Of a stretch of 63,061 nucleotides of DNA, positions 39,859 to 49,786 are shown in pieces. The stretch spans positions 1 to 63,061 of IMG/VR virus record IMGVR_UViG_3300026546_000003; one strand, 5' to 3'. Both the position numbers and the translations under genes were made by a program. The DNA comes from a virus (Duplodnaviria; Caudoviricetes). Every line of letters begins with the position of its first letter. Within the stretch, counting starts at the first letter, position 1. Below the pieces are notes generated by a model. It was not told the origin of the DNA. It was given only the letters and a program-made list of their open reading frames with translations, and searched no databases.

Positions 39859-40337
39859 TGTATGTTGTAATTCATAATATCACAATGAATAAAGATGGTT
39901 ATGAATATCTTTATTCTGTTTATAATGATGATGATTCCATAATTTTAGGTAATCAAACTCATATTACTAGAAATCCATATCTTTCTGATGCTGATTTTGA
40001 GCAAAGTATTTTAAATAATTTTATTTCACCAACTTTATCTACGCAAAATATTTCTTTTGATGGTAGTGATTTAGATTTAAAACTTATACAACTTAAAACA
40101 GTAATAAAAGAAAAATTGATTGCTTATATTAAATCTACAGAAACTATAACCCAAGAAGGTATGGTAAATTATATTACAGATTCATTAGGAGAATTAGCTG
40201 GAAGTCTTACTAATAGCTTTGTAGAATTATATGTTGAAGAAGCATTCAATAGAAATTTAATTGAAAACCAAACATTAGAAGACTTAATTGTATTTATTAA
40301 AAATACTCCTATTGAATTATTACAGGAGATTAAATAA
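39858..40337 (+). CDS. Hypothetical protein
   Basis: Coupled ORF. Confidence 0.65.
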   Translation: MYVVIHNITMNKDGYEYLYSVYNDDDSIILGNQTHITRNPYLSDADFEQSILNNFISPTLSTQNISFDGSDLDLKLIQLKTVIKEKLIAYIKSTETITQEGMVNYITDSLGELAGSLTNSFVELYVEEAFNRNLIENQTLEDLIVFIKNTPIELLQEIK

Positions 40338-41932
40338 TGAGTATTGGTTATATTGATACCAGTCAAACTTTTAATGGAGATGGAAGTTCACCTGTAGGGG
40401 CCACAAGTGATGGTGGAGTAGGAGCTTTTAATAATATTCAAAGTTATTTCGATAAATCAGACATTTATGATATTGGATTATTAAGAAGATTAAATATTGG
40501 AGAAGAAATACCAGTAACTGCTGCTTTATATTTTAGATTTAATGGTAGCATAACTACTCCTATAAAATTAATTGGATATCCTTTTAGTATTAGTAAACAG
40601 AATATTCCAATTACTGAAGTTAACAGTTTGAGTAGGCTAGATGGAGAAAAATTTCAATTTACTTCAACTTCTACTGACTTAGGAGATTCATCTGATTATG
40701 ATCATTATTGGGATGGAGCAAAGATAACAATTCATCAACCAGGAAGTTTGAATGATGGATTAGTTAGAACTTGTATTTATTCTCAATATGATACTGACAG
40801 AATGGTTATTGGGCTTTTTCCAAATTTACCAGAAGCTCTATCTACAAGTGCAACTTTTGATATTACTTTAACTACAGAAGCTTATGGAGAATATTCTGTT
40901 CCTGATTGGGATAATGATACAAATTCTCGCCCAGTTATAGATGCAAATATTTCTTATGTATTTGGAGTAGGAAAAGCATATTGTGAAATTATAAATATGG
41001 CTATTCATATTACTTATACAGCTGATTCATTAGCTATCTCTAATGGATGTTCAATAACTAATATTGTAATTTATGGAGATCACTTAGGCTACTTTGATTT
41101 TAATAATAACTATTCAAATACAAGAGACCATATAAAAGATATATTTGTTTCAGCTAATTTAACATCTAGTCATGCATGTTTAGCTACTAATAATCAAATT
41201 AGGTTTAATATAGAAAATTTTCATGTAAATAAAGATTACCCGAATAGAAATTATGCTATTGGTACTTACTCTGTTAATCCTAACTTGATAAATTGTTCAT
41301 TCTTTAAAGTTGTTGGAGATCCTGCAGGGTCATTTTTAACATCAGGAGGCCCAGCTTCAGGACATAATCAAAATCTTGAGTTGTATGGAAAAATTACATA
41401 TGGGCCTACTGCACAATATGGAGTATATAATGTAAGTGTTTTAGAAAATTCACTTATTAATGGAGTTCCTTATAAGTATTATGCATCTAATTTATTTTAC
41501 TCATTATATAGTATTGACTCAACAAATTCAGATTGGCAAAATCCTTTAAGTAATGCAGATTTTATTTTAAAGTTTATTCCATCTAATTTAAGTTATAATG
41601 AGTCAATTATAAAAGTTTTTAAGCATCCAACATTACTACAAGCTAATACTTCAAAAACTATTTCATTACAAATTTATCCTAAAAACTGGTCAACTCCAAT
41701 TACTGGTGATAAGTTTTGGTTAGAAGTAAGGTATATTGATAAACCAACTGAATTTATTAGTAAAGTAGTATCAAGTAAAGATGACTCAATAACTTTTACA
41801 AATAATCAATGGAATACAATTTCACTTACGATTGATCCAGTAGAAGAGACTCAATTAGCTGAAGTTATGTGTTGTTCATGTATTTATGAATCTGGGGCCT
41901 ATATTTTATTTGACCCAGGTAGTGGAGCTTAA
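40337..41932 (+). CDS. Hypothetical beta-rich, probably structural protein
   Basis: 531 aa Asn/Ser/Thr-rich; YID....NGDGSSP..A......GAFNN start typical of beta-helix proteins. Confidence 0.6.
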   Translation: MSIGYIDTSQTFNGDGSSPVGATSDGGVGAFNNIQSYFDKSDIYDIGLLRRLNIGEEIPVTAALYFRFNGSITTPIKLIGYPFSISKQNIPITEVNSLSRLDGEKFQFTSTSTDLGDSSDYDHYWDGAKITIHQPGSLNDGLVRTCIYSQYDTDRMVIGLFPNLPEALSTSATFDITLTTEAYGEYSVPDWDNDTNSRPVIDANISYVFGVGKAYCEIINMAIHITYTADSLAISNGCSITNIVIYGDHLGYFDFNNNYSNTRDHIKDIFVSANLTSSHACLATNNQIRFNIENFHVNKDYPNRNYAIGTYSVNPNLINCSFFKVVGDPAGSFLTSGGPASGHNQNLELYGKITYGPTAQYGVYNVSVLENSLINGVPYKYYASNLFYSLYSIDSTNSDWQNPLSNADFILKFIPSNLSYNESIIKVFKHPTLLQANTSKTISLQIYPKNWSTPITGDKFWLEVRYIDKPTEFISKVVSSKDDSITFTNNQWNTISLTIDPVEETQLAEVMCCSCIYESGAYILFDPGSGA

Positions 41933-41934
41933 TT

Positions 41935-42255
41935 ATGAGTGGGCCTTTTATTTATAATTCTGAAGTTTTTCCAGAATTTGAAAAGTCTATTCCTTTAGTT
42001 TATAATTCTGAAGTATTTGCTGTTAATTTATTAAAAAGTAGTAGTACAAGTGTTGTAGGTATTGGAAAAGTAATATCAAATTCAACACAAAAAATAATGA
42101 CAGGAAATACTGAAATAAATGGAATAGGGACAGTTAAAGTAGAAGGAAAAAGACTTATTCCAGATAATGTAATAATAACTATTAAATCCAGATTGTTTAC
42201 TTATAAGGTTGAATCAGATTTAATAGTACCTAAAATTGAAAGTAAATTAGTTTAG
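41935..42255 (+). CDS. Hypothetical protein
   Basis: Coupled ORF; internal YNSEVF repeat. Confidence 0.6.
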   Translation: MSGPFIYNSEVFPEFEKSIPLVYNSEVFAVNLLKSSSTSVVGIGKVISNSTQKIMTGNTEINGIGTVKVEGKRLIPDNVIITIKSRLFTYKVESDLIVPKIESKLV

Positions 42256-42264
42256 GAGAAAAAT

Positions 42265-42618
42265 ATGGGGAAATGGACTGATAATGCTAAAAATACTATG
42301 CTTGATTCATTAACGACATTTTATGTATCAATCCATAGTGCAAATCCTGGAGAAAATGGGGATAATGAATTAAGTGGAACTAATTATAATAGAGTTCAAG
42401 CTTCATTATCACAAGCATCTTCTGGAAAACGAATATTAGAAACTGATGTAATAATGACTATTCCTGGAGGTTCAACTGTAGCGTATGTTGGATATTGGAC
42501 GGATGCTACTGGAGGAACATTTTTAGCTTATGATAGTGTTGCAGAAGAAACCTATATTGGGGATGGCCAATATGAAATTAAAGCAATTGAAACAATATTT
42601 AGTATAGAAGATGAATAA
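42265..42618 (+). CDS. Putative minor structural/fibre protein
   Basis: YVSIHSANPG..G.NELSG.NY.RV, VAYVGYW.DATGGTFL motifs common in phage structural proteins. Confidence 0.65.
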   Translation: MGKWTDNAKNTMLDSLTTFYVSIHSANPGENGDNELSGTNYNRVQASLSQASSGKRILETDVIMTIPGGSTVAYVGYWTDATGGTFLAYDSVAEETYIGDGQYEIKAIETIFSIEDE

Positions 42619-42949
42619 AACACCTGCCCACGTTAAATATGTGGAAGAAGAAAGCTCATGTGGAATAGAATTCTCTTTTTTTGATACTGATGAAATTACT
42701 CCAGTTACTCCTATTTCTTTATCTTATTCTTTAGTTAACAGAGATGGTGAAGTAATAAATAACTTAGAAAATATCCCATTAACACCAGCTGAAAAAGTAG
42801 TGATTAAACTATCTGGTCAAGATTTAGTATTACCTGAAAATGGGGAGAGTCAAAGGTATCTAGTAATAAGGGGAACATATAATAGTAATCAATTAGAAAT
42901 TTCTGATTTACACACTCAACACGAATTCACACTAAAACCTATAAAATAA
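42611..42949 (+). CDS. Hypothetical (Ig-like) protein
   Basis: Coupled ORF with alternating beta pattern. Confidence 0.55.
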   Translation: MNKTPAHVKYVEEESSCGIEFSFFDTDEITPVTPISLSYSLVNRDGEVINNLENIPLTPAEKVVIKLSGQDLVLPENGESQRYLVIRGTYNSNQLEISDLHTQHEFTLKPIK

Positions 42950-42960
42950 GGAGATTTAAG

Positions 42961-43377
42961 ATGAGAAAGTTTTTTATGTTTTTAATGGTAGCGTTATTTT
43001 TAAGTTTTTCAAGTATTAGTTTTGCTTGCACTCCAGGTTCTTGTGGACATAACCCTCCTCAATGTATCGGCGGAGAATGTCCTTATCTAGGGGTTATTCC
43101 TTATGTAGTGACAGATGGAAATTGGTGGACTGGAGTAGTGCTAACAAATGATAGTACTGAAGAAGCAACATATAAGCTTCTTATTTATACTCGTGCTGGG
43201 GATTTACTTATCAAAGAGTATGTAGTTGATCCTCATGGTCAAGAAATCTTTGTTCTACCTTTTAATGGATATGTTAAAGTAAATGTTGATAATGAAAAAT
43301 GTTATTGCTTAGTTTTACTAGGTAATCCAACTCAACTTATCTCATATTCAGTGCAATTTGAACAAGCTAATCCTTAA
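42961..43377 (+). CDS. Secreted protein with signal peptide
   Basis: MRKFFMFLMVALFLSFSSISFA signal; Cys-rich N-terminus; WWTGVVLTN. Confidence 0.7.
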   Translation: MRKFFMFLMVALFLSFSSISFACTPGSCGHNPPQCIGGECPYLGVIPYVVTDGNWWTGVVLTNDSTEEATYKLLIYTRAGDLLIKEYVVDPHGQEIFVLPFNGYVKVNVDNEKCYCLVLLGNPTQLISYSVQFEQANP

Positions 43378-43859
43378 TGAAGTATAGAACTGGTGATGCA
43401 ATAATAACTGTGTCTAGTCTATGGGTTCGTATTTTAACAGCAGAATCTTTTTCTCACGTAGGAATTATATTAGTTGAGAATGATAAAGTCTATGTTGTTG
43501 AAACTCACGAATCCATAGATAACACACGAAAAATATTGTTAGATACATGGTTAGAAAATTATGAGATCGTTTATGTAGGTCGTCCAATACCAGAGATTAG
43601 GCAATATAGACGTAAAATACAAGATAAGATTTATGAATATTTAAAGAAACCAGTTACAGAAAAGAAGTATGGTTATTTAACACTTCCTTTAGTTTGGTTT
43701 AATCAGATATTCACTAAACACAAAATGCCTCACCACTTAAATGTATGTTCTACTTTTGTGCAAGAAATGTGGAATAGTACTGGATGGACTTTTGGTAGGC
43801 TTATGGATCCAGGTGATGTAGCTATTGAAGGCTGTGATTTACTTAGGCGTATAAAATAA
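43377..43859 (+). CDS. Permuted papain-like NlpC/P60 (YiiX/YebB-like) protein
   Basis: TGD..., FSHVGI (His first), later VCSTFV (Cys), final PGD. Confidence 0.75.
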   Translation: MKYRTGDAIITVSSLWVRILTAESFSHVGIILVENDKVYVVETHESIDNTRKILLDTWLENYEIVYVGRPIPEIRQYRRKIQDKIYEYLKKPVTEKKYGYLTLPLVWFNQIFTKHKMPHHLNVCSTFVQEMWNSTGWTFGRLMDPGDVAIEGCDLLRRIK

Positions 43860-43903
43860 AAAAATCCCCTATCTCGGTTTTTACTTGAGATAGGGGATTT
43901 TTT
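43858..43903. terminator. Bidirectional rho-independent terminator between converging late and early operons
   Basis: aaaaaatcccctatctc/gagataggggattttttg. Confidence 0.92.
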
Positions 43904-44007
43904 GTTTGTATCTTCGATCTTTTTAACTACTGAACTCTCGCCCACCCTACGGTATTGGGGTTGAGTTAAGTGGAGTTAACTTTCTGATATTAGCCCCGCA
44001 GAAACAT

Positions 44008-44181
44008 CTAACCTACTCGGGCCTCATCTGTCGGTTTCACGGTGTCAGATGATTCTCTATATTGAGCAAGTTCTTCTTCAAGCTGTTGGATATAAGCTGC
44101 CATCTGTTGTTCTTGTTGATATTGACCCATAACCAATCTACCTAGCATACGTTCCACATCTTCCATAGTTAACTGATTCAT
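44008..44181 (-). CDS. 57-aa coiled-coil hypothetical protein
   Basis: MNQLTMEDVERMLGRLVMGQ...; AGGAGG RBS; follows dut. Confidence 0.6.
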   Translation of the reverse strand: MNQLTMEDVERMLGRLVMGQYQQEQQMAAYIQQLEEELAQYRESSDTVKPTDEARVG

Positions 44182-44694
44182 TTACTTCACCTCCTTATCC
44201 GTAGACCCAAATCCTCCAAGTCCACGTTCACTATCATCAAGTTTATCTACCTTAATAAAATTCGCTCTAAATACGGGACAGACAACACCTTGAGCAAATT
44301 TTTCACCTTTTTGGAGTATTACCTTTTCTTTTCCGTGGTTTGTGATAATAACTCCAACTTCATTTCTATACCCTGAATCAATAGTACCAGGAGAATTAGC
44401 TACACGAAGTTTTGTTCTAAGTGATAGGCCGCTTCTTGGGCGCACTTGGACTTCAAAACCTTCTGGAATTTCAAAGTATAGCCCAGTCTTAATTAGTACT
44501 GTTTGTCCAGGATATACTCTAGTTTTCTCTAGGCAAATGAAATCAAATCCACTATCTCCTGAGTGCGCGTATTGCGGCTCATAATCACCTACGTACTTAA
44601 TGTCAACTCTATTATACGTTTGTTTTAGCTCTGTTACTAGTTCTTTAACTTCAGTAGACTTTTTTGCCAGCTTTTCAATACCTTCGTACGCCAT
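44182..44694 (-). CDS. dut: Trimeric dUTPase
   Basis: Motifs DSGFD, RPRSG, GTIDSGYR, FAQ, RGLGGFGST. Confidence 0.97.
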   Translation of the reverse strand: MAYEGIEKLAKKSTEVKELVTELKQTYNRVDIKYVGDYEPQYAHSGDSGFDFICLEKTRVYPGQTVLIKTGLYFEIPEGFEVQVRPRSGLSLRTKLRVANSPGTIDSGYRNEVGVIITNHGKEKVILQKGEKFAQGVVCPVFRANFIKVDKLDDSERGLGGFGSTDKEVK

Positions 44695-44696
44695 TA

Positions 44697-45047
44697 TTAA
44701 CTCCTTGTGTCATTTATTAATTCGTTTAGTAGTTCCCGATTTTCATCACTATTACCATGAACTAGGTTAATTCTTAGTTTGATAAGCTTTTGGTAAATTT
44801 CCCCATACAACTCATGAAGCAATCCTCTTATTACATATTCTCTCATTGCTTCAATTTCATCTTCTCCACAAATTACGCTTGACCCTAACCTTAGAACGAC
44901 ATCATATTCATAATCATATTTATTTCTTGTTGTTACATTCTCAAAGATACTAGAGAATTCTGTTAAATATTCTTGATTAGGATATACATCTCGTTTTATA
45001 GCAGGTACCTTTTCCAATTTCTCTTTTATTTTACTCATTATCCACAC
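44697..45047 (-). CDS. Hypothetical protein
   Basis: Coupled ORF. Confidence 0.65.
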   Translation of the reverse strand: MWIMSKIKEKLEKVPAIKRDVYPNQEYLTEFSSIFENVTTRNKYDYEYDVVLRLGSSVICGEDEIEAMREYVIRGLLHELYGEIYQKLIKLRINLVHGNSDENRELLNELINDTRS

Positions 45048-47233
45048 CGACTATAGCCACAATTTTTACATTCAAAACAACCACTACTCATTACAACGCT
45101 TCCACCACATTCAGGACATTTTACTTTCACCTCCAATCCTTCTGTACATTTAAGTAATCCTTTTGCTATGGCATCTGGTAAACTCTGTACTGTCCAACCA
45201 TTAGCAAACTCTATACTTTCCCCTTTTATATCCAGCAAAGTAGTAATAACATCCTCTATATTACCACCTTGTTGTAGAAAAAGACTTATTAATCTACCAT
45301 ATCCTTCATTAATAGCTTTTTTATCAGAGCCACTTTTTGCAGAGCTGATAAATACTTCCATTGGTTTTTCTGTAATTGGATGGTAATTTACTGTAATATA
45401 TATTTTATCTTTCAACGGTATCATTATAGTTCTACCATCTAAAATTTCATGGCTTTCTCGTACTAAAGAAGTTGATGATACACCTAAAATACCAGCTCTA
45501 CTCCCTTCTCGATAAATAGTACAACCTTTACATTCTAATTCCCAAGCAAGTCTATAAATCTGGTCTACTTCTTCAATACTTACATCTTTTGGTAGGTTAG
45601 TGGTTACAGAAATACTACTATCAATATATTTCTGCAAAGTAGCTTGGAGTTTGATCTTTTTTACAGGATCAATTTCATGTGCTGTTACCATGTATTCTGG
45701 TTTCTTGATTGAGCCGGTAATTTCTTGATACTCTTTCCAAGCTCTATCATATACCTTGAAAACACTTTGACTTAAACTATCAGAGCGTCTTTCATATTCT
45801 AATTGGAAGATAGGTTCAATTCCGCTACTACAATCTGCTATAAGACTAATTGAACCACTAGGAGCCATTGTATTTAGGGCGCAATTCCGAATACCGTACT
45901 CTAACACATCATCGTAATCTAAAATGCCTCTATTAATTACTGTAGCTAGATGTCCTTTAATGTGTTCTGGTACAAATTTCGGATAGGCGCCCTTAGTCTT
46001 CGCCAGCTCAAAAGACGATTTATAACTTTCGGCTTCTAGTACAGCGCCAAGTTTATCCACAAAATCAATAGCTTCTTGGCTGTCATACTTAATTTTCATA
46101 TAAGCTAGACAATGCCCAATTCCTGTAAGACCTAATCCAATTCGCCTATAATCTTGCATTTGTTTATTTTGTTCATGGAGGGCGTGCTTGGTTCTGTCTA
46201 GTGTATTATCTAGAAAATTAACTCCAATCTTAATAACTCTAGCAAAATCCTCAAAATCAAAAACAGGGTTAGTGAACTTATTATGAACAAACCTAGCTAC
46301 ATTAATACTAGACAAACAACAAGCTCCATAAGCAGGTAAAGGTAGCTCTCCGCAAGGATTAGTTGTAAGGAGTTTGTTGTCATCTTCAGTACTATTGTCT
46401 TCACACATAGTATCCCAGTAGATGATGCCTGGTTCTGCACTATTCCAAGCCCGTTTAATTATTTCTCCCCATAGTTCAGCAGCATTAATAACCTTATAAA
46501 CTTTCTTTTTTCTATATGTATCACCAATTTTGAAGTAATTATATTCTGGATAATCATAACAAAATTGGATATTAGAAACTTCTTTATAATCCTCTACAGT
46601 GTAATCAATGAGTTCAGGATACCACAGTTCCCAATCTTTCTCTTCTTCAACAGCCATCATAAATGAATCAGTTACCTTTACACTTATGTTAGCGTTGGAG
46701 ATAGCAGTTTTATTATTATCATCTTTAATGCGAATAAACTGCTCAATATCAGGGTGGGAAATATGTTCAGTAATAATTAAAGCTCCACGTCTATTCTTTC
46801 CACCTATAATATTTGTAACCTTATCATAGATTTCCATAAAACTAATTGACCCAGAGCTTACTTTTGCGGCATTATTAACAGGAGCATTAATAGGGCGTAA
46901 AGGACTAATATCAATTCCTACTCCACCACCTGTTTTATATGTTTGAGCACACTCTTTAGCACACTCGAAAATAGCTTCAATACTATCATCTTTTAATGGA
47001 ATAACATAACAATTAGCTAGAGTAACATTCCCATCAACTCCAGCCCCAGCTAAAATCCGACCACCTGGAAGAAACTTTAATTCTTTGATTGCTTCGTATG
47101 TATCAATATAATCCATTCCCATTATTGCTTGGGCTACCCGTTTGAAAGTTTCTTCAGGGCTACTTTCTTCTGGAGTTTTATATTTCTCCACCCATACCTT
47201 ATTACGTAATTCGTCTTTAATTATCCCGTCCAT
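45038..47233 (-). CDS. nrdJ: Class II (adenosylcobalamin) ribonucleotide reductase with C-terminal TSCPD-like and Zn-ribbon domains
   Basis: FLPGGRIL, LANCYV, GGGVG, RRGA, TNPCGE, MAPSGSIS, IDSSIS; C-terminal CPECG..C..CGYSRCG; no nrdB nearby. Confidence 0.92.
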   Translation of the reverse strand: MDGIIKDELRNKVWVEKYKTPEESSPEETFKRVAQAIMGMDYIDTYEAIKELKFLPGGRILAGAGVDGNVTLANCYVIPLKDDSIEAIFECAKECAQTYKTGGGVGIDISPLRPINAPVNNAAKVSSGSISFMEIYDKVTNIIGGKNRRGALIITEHISHPDIEQFIRIKDDNNKTAISNANISVKVTDSFMMAVEEEKDWELWYPELIDYTVEDYKEVSNIQFCYDYPEYNYFKIGDTYRKKKVYKVINAAELWGEIIKRAWNSAEPGIIYWDTMCEDNSTEDDNKLLTTNPCGELPLPAYGACCLSSINVARFVHNKFTNPVFDFEDFARVIKIGVNFLDNTLDRTKHALHEQNKQMQDYRRIGLGLTGIGHCLAYMKIKYDSQEAIDFVDKLGAVLEAESYKSSFELAKTKGAYPKFVPEHIKGHLATVINRGILDYDDVLEYGIRNCALNTMAPSGSISLIADCSSGIEPIFQLEYERRSDSLSQSVFKVYDRAWKEYQEITGSIKKPEYMVTAHEIDPVKKIKLQATLQKYIDSSISVTTNLPKDVSIEEVDQIYRLAWELECKGCTIYREGSRAGILGVSSTSLVRESHEILDGRTIMIPLKDKIYITVNYHPITEKPMEVFISSAKSGSDKKAINEGYGRLISLFLQQGGNIEDVITTLLDIKGESIEFANGWTVQSLPDAIAKGLLKCTEGLEVKVKCPECGGSVVMSSGCFECKNCGYSRCG

Positions 47234-47983
47234 TTAATCTCCTTCAATAACTACAGAATTTACAACCAATTTCTTTATTTTATTTGTTACTTTGAATGAT
47301 TGAGTTTTCTGTTTTATCTCTTTTATGCTTAGAATTTTAATTGGTTTGGTAACGTATGCAGTATATTCTGAAGTAATTATATTTTCAAGAACTTCATAAC
47401 TATACTCAATAAACCAAAAATTACCTTCTTTTCGCAACATAGAAGGAATACCAAATAATGTTAATGCCAAATGTAACTCTTGTAAAAATTCGTAAGCATG
47501 ATAAAATCGAATACTATCAGTTTCAGGTTGTCGAAGATTTTTAGTTAACTCACAAATAAAATCTCCGATGAAACTTAAATTATTCTTTAGTAGTTTGAAA
47601 TCCTTTAAGCTTTTTATTTTATACATTTTAGTTACTTGTTTTGCGGCTTTGGCTTCACCTAAACAAGCGCGTACAACTAGCTTTACAAGTTCTTGGTCTT
47701 TGTATGGAAAAAATTGATTGCCAGCTAAATATGTGTAAACTATATCTCCAATCTTTAATTTCTCAATAGGAGTAAAGCCAAATACACTTGTTTTAATATT
47801 ACATTGGGAAAAATAGCTTACACAACAATTATCTAACTCAACTTTCCATACCCTATCAGTCTCGACCTCTTCAAATTTTGGGTCATAATAAAAGCCATTA
47901 AACTCTACCCTATGCTTTGTATTTTTTGCATAGGCAGGGACATAACCAATATTATATAACAATCTTTGGGTATTAGTTATCAT
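47234..47983 (-). CDS. Free-standing degenerate intein-like (Hint + LAGLIDADG remnant) protein
   Basis: MITNTQRLLYNIGYVP (block A-like), GFTPIEKLKIGD (block B-like), FLQELHLALTLFGIPS (endonuclease block-like), IKILSIKE...LVVNSVV (blocks F/G-like); catalytic Cys/His/Asn absent. Confidence 0.6.
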   Translation of the reverse strand: MITNTQRLLYNIGYVPAYAKNTKHRVEFNGFYYDPKFEEVETDRVWKVELDNCCVSYFSQCNIKTSVFGFTPIEKLKIGDIVYTYLAGNQFFPYKDQELVKLVVRACLGEAKAAKQVTKMYKIKSLKDFKLLKNNLSFIGDFICELTKNLRQPETDSIRFYHAYEFLQELHLALTLFGIPSMLRKEGNFWFIEYSYEVLENIITSEYTAYVTKPIKILSIKEIKQKTQSFKVTNKIKKLVVNSVVIEGD

Positions 47984-48215
47984 TCTTATCCTCTACCTCT
48001 TCAATATTAATAATTTGTGCTAAGATTTCAATACGTTTTATCAAGTCATCCATTTTTTTAAGTTCTTCAGCTTTTTTCTTATCAAGGTAATCCGCAATAA
48101 ACTCTAAAAGCAATAATAGCACAAAAAACGTAATCGCTATAGTAGGATGAATGAAACTAAGAAAATGCAATCCTAAAAACGTTGCATACATTAAAGTTAT
48201 TTTAAACATCATCAA
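47973..48215 (-). CDS. Two-TM membrane protein
   Basis: Hydrophobic N-half, charged coiled-coil C-half. Confidence 0.65.
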   Translation of the reverse strand: MMMFKITLMYATFLGLHFLSFIHPTIAITFFVLLLLLEFIADYLDKKKAEELKKMDDLIKRIEILAQIINIEEVEDKNDN

Positions 48216-48981
48216 ACTCCTTTATAATCTCTACGACTTCTTTTTTAATATCATCGGAAAGAATATCATCATTTACTAATTCTAAATCTACTAGCTTGAT
48301 ATTCCTTTCATATATATCCCTACCATTTAGAATACGTTGTTCAATTTTACTTTTAGTGTTTTTAGGGATACGCTCTTGTAGCTCTTCGAAATAATCAGCA
48401 TCATATTTTGTTAAGTATTTCAGAGCAGTTTTTAACCCAACTCGCTCTAACCCTTTAATATTATCTGATGTATCTCCTGCTAATGCTTTTGCTGTAATAA
48501 ATTGGTCTTTATTAGCAGCACCTTGTTCCTCTAAAGTAATAAATTTTTTCTTTGTGTAACTAAACTGAGGAACGTCAATTTGAAGTAAGTCAGCATCAGT
48601 ACTAAGAATTACACATTTACCTTTCAAATAATTAGCTACAAAATAAATTAAATCATCAGCTTCAATTCCTTCATAACTAATAACAGGAAAATAGAGATTA
48701 AGGATTTTAGTAATAGTAGGAAGCTTCTTAAAAAATTCTTTCAAATCTTCATAAAACTTGCCTTCTTTTTTTCTATTTCCTTTATACTCTGGATATAATT
48801 CTTTTCTATATTTTGAACCCTTATAATCAAGAAATATAATTACTTTATTACAAGCTAAACTATCCCTAAATGATGAAATATTGTTCAAAACTTCTTCAGC
48901 TATTTTATCTGCACTACCTTTTTTCTTTGCGAACCTAAAAATAAAGTTACTCAAATCTACTAGTAAATATCTATCACTCAT
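48202..48981 (-). CDS. 5'-3' exonuclease/flap endonuclease (T5 D15-like)
   Basis: LLVD, YRKELYPEYKGNR, EADD, STDADLLQ, LAGDTSDNIKG..VGLKTA. Confidence 0.95.
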   Translation of the reverse strand: MSDRYLLVDLSNFIFRFAKKKGSADKIAEEVLNNISSFRDSLACNKVIIFLDYKGSKYRKELYPEYKGNRKKEGKFYEDLKEFFKKLPTITKILNLYFPVISYEGIEADDLIYFVANYLKGKCVILSTDADLLQIDVPQFSYTKKKFITLEEQGAANKDQFITAKALAGDTSDNIKGLERVGLKTALKYLTKYDADYFEELQERIPKNTKSKIEQRILNGRDIYERNIKLVDLELVNDDILSDDIKKEVVEIIKEFDDV

Positions 48982-48984
48982 TAA

Positions 48985-49167
48985 TTAATCTCCTATAGCA
49001 CATTTAATTGTTAGGTTTTGCATATATGGCCTAACTCCAACTGACTCTGCTCTAGTAAAATATAAATCACAAATTTTACAACCAGTGCGTCTTTCAAATT
49101 CTTGCAGTTGTTGAAGAATTGACCTCTCTAATTTATCTCGTTCATTTTTTACTTCTAAGACATCCAT
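48985..49167 (-). CDS. Hypothetical protein
   Basis: RBS, tight packing. Confidence 0.6.
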   Translation of the reverse strand: MDVLEVKNERDKLERSILQQLQEFERRTGCKICDLYFTRAESVGVRPYMQNLTIKCAIGD

Positions 49168-49278
49168 TGGAACTCCTTTAACATTTTCTGTAACTCACAA
49201 AATTCCTTATACTCTTCTAAGGTTAGGTTAATAGTTATATCTCCAAAAATTAACTTAACAATATTTGAGTCTGTTACT

Positions 49279-49527
49279 TCAATCTTTATCTTCATGGTTA
49301 TACCTTTCCCTACAAATCATATATAACTGTTGGAGTGTTCCAGTATAGATAGGAGCAGTTATTAAACTTCGTAATCCATTGAGTAGTGCTTCTTTTCGAT
49401 AGAAAGTTTTTATTTTTTTCCAACCCCCATACCATGTTTTTTTATACAATGTCCATTTTATATCATCAAAAGCATCAAATTCTTCTTGTAATTTATAAAT
49501 CGACTTCACAATCAATCTCCATTTCAT
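49279..49527 (-). CDS. Hypothetical protein
   Basis: ORF in operon. Confidence 0.55.
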   Translation of the reverse strand: MKWRLIVKSIYKLQEEFDAFDDIKWTLYKKTWYGGWKKIKTFYRKEALLNGLRSLITAPIYTGTLQQLYMICRERYNHEDKD

Positions 49528-49786
49528 CTAAGGATTTCTTATATAGTTGCTCAATTTCTTCTTCACTAATAGGGCTAGTAGTTATATTAATATTTTCTGC
49601 AATGGGTTCTTTATTTTCTATTTCTTTTGTCTCGATTGTAATATGAGAAAATTCATTAGTATCCTCATCTATATATGCAGCGATATTAAACCTAGCATCA
49701 GGAATAAAATAATCCTGCAACATAAACCGTTCATAAGAGGTTTCCGGTACAATGTAAAACTTATTATTAGTGAATACAATTTCCAT
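49493..49786 (-). CDS. Hypothetical acidic protein
   Basis: RBS, coupled. Confidence 0.6.
   Translation of the reverse strand: MEIVFTNNKFYIVPETSYERFMLQDYFIPDARFNIAAYIDEDTNEFSHITIETKEIENKEPIAENINITTSPISEEEIEQLYKKSLDEMEIDCEVDL

Noticed and set aside
45038-47233. Intein or fractured gene within nrdJ
   Set aside because: NrdJ is contiguous with intact motifs; the upstream intein-like ORF ends in a stop and lacks splicing residues
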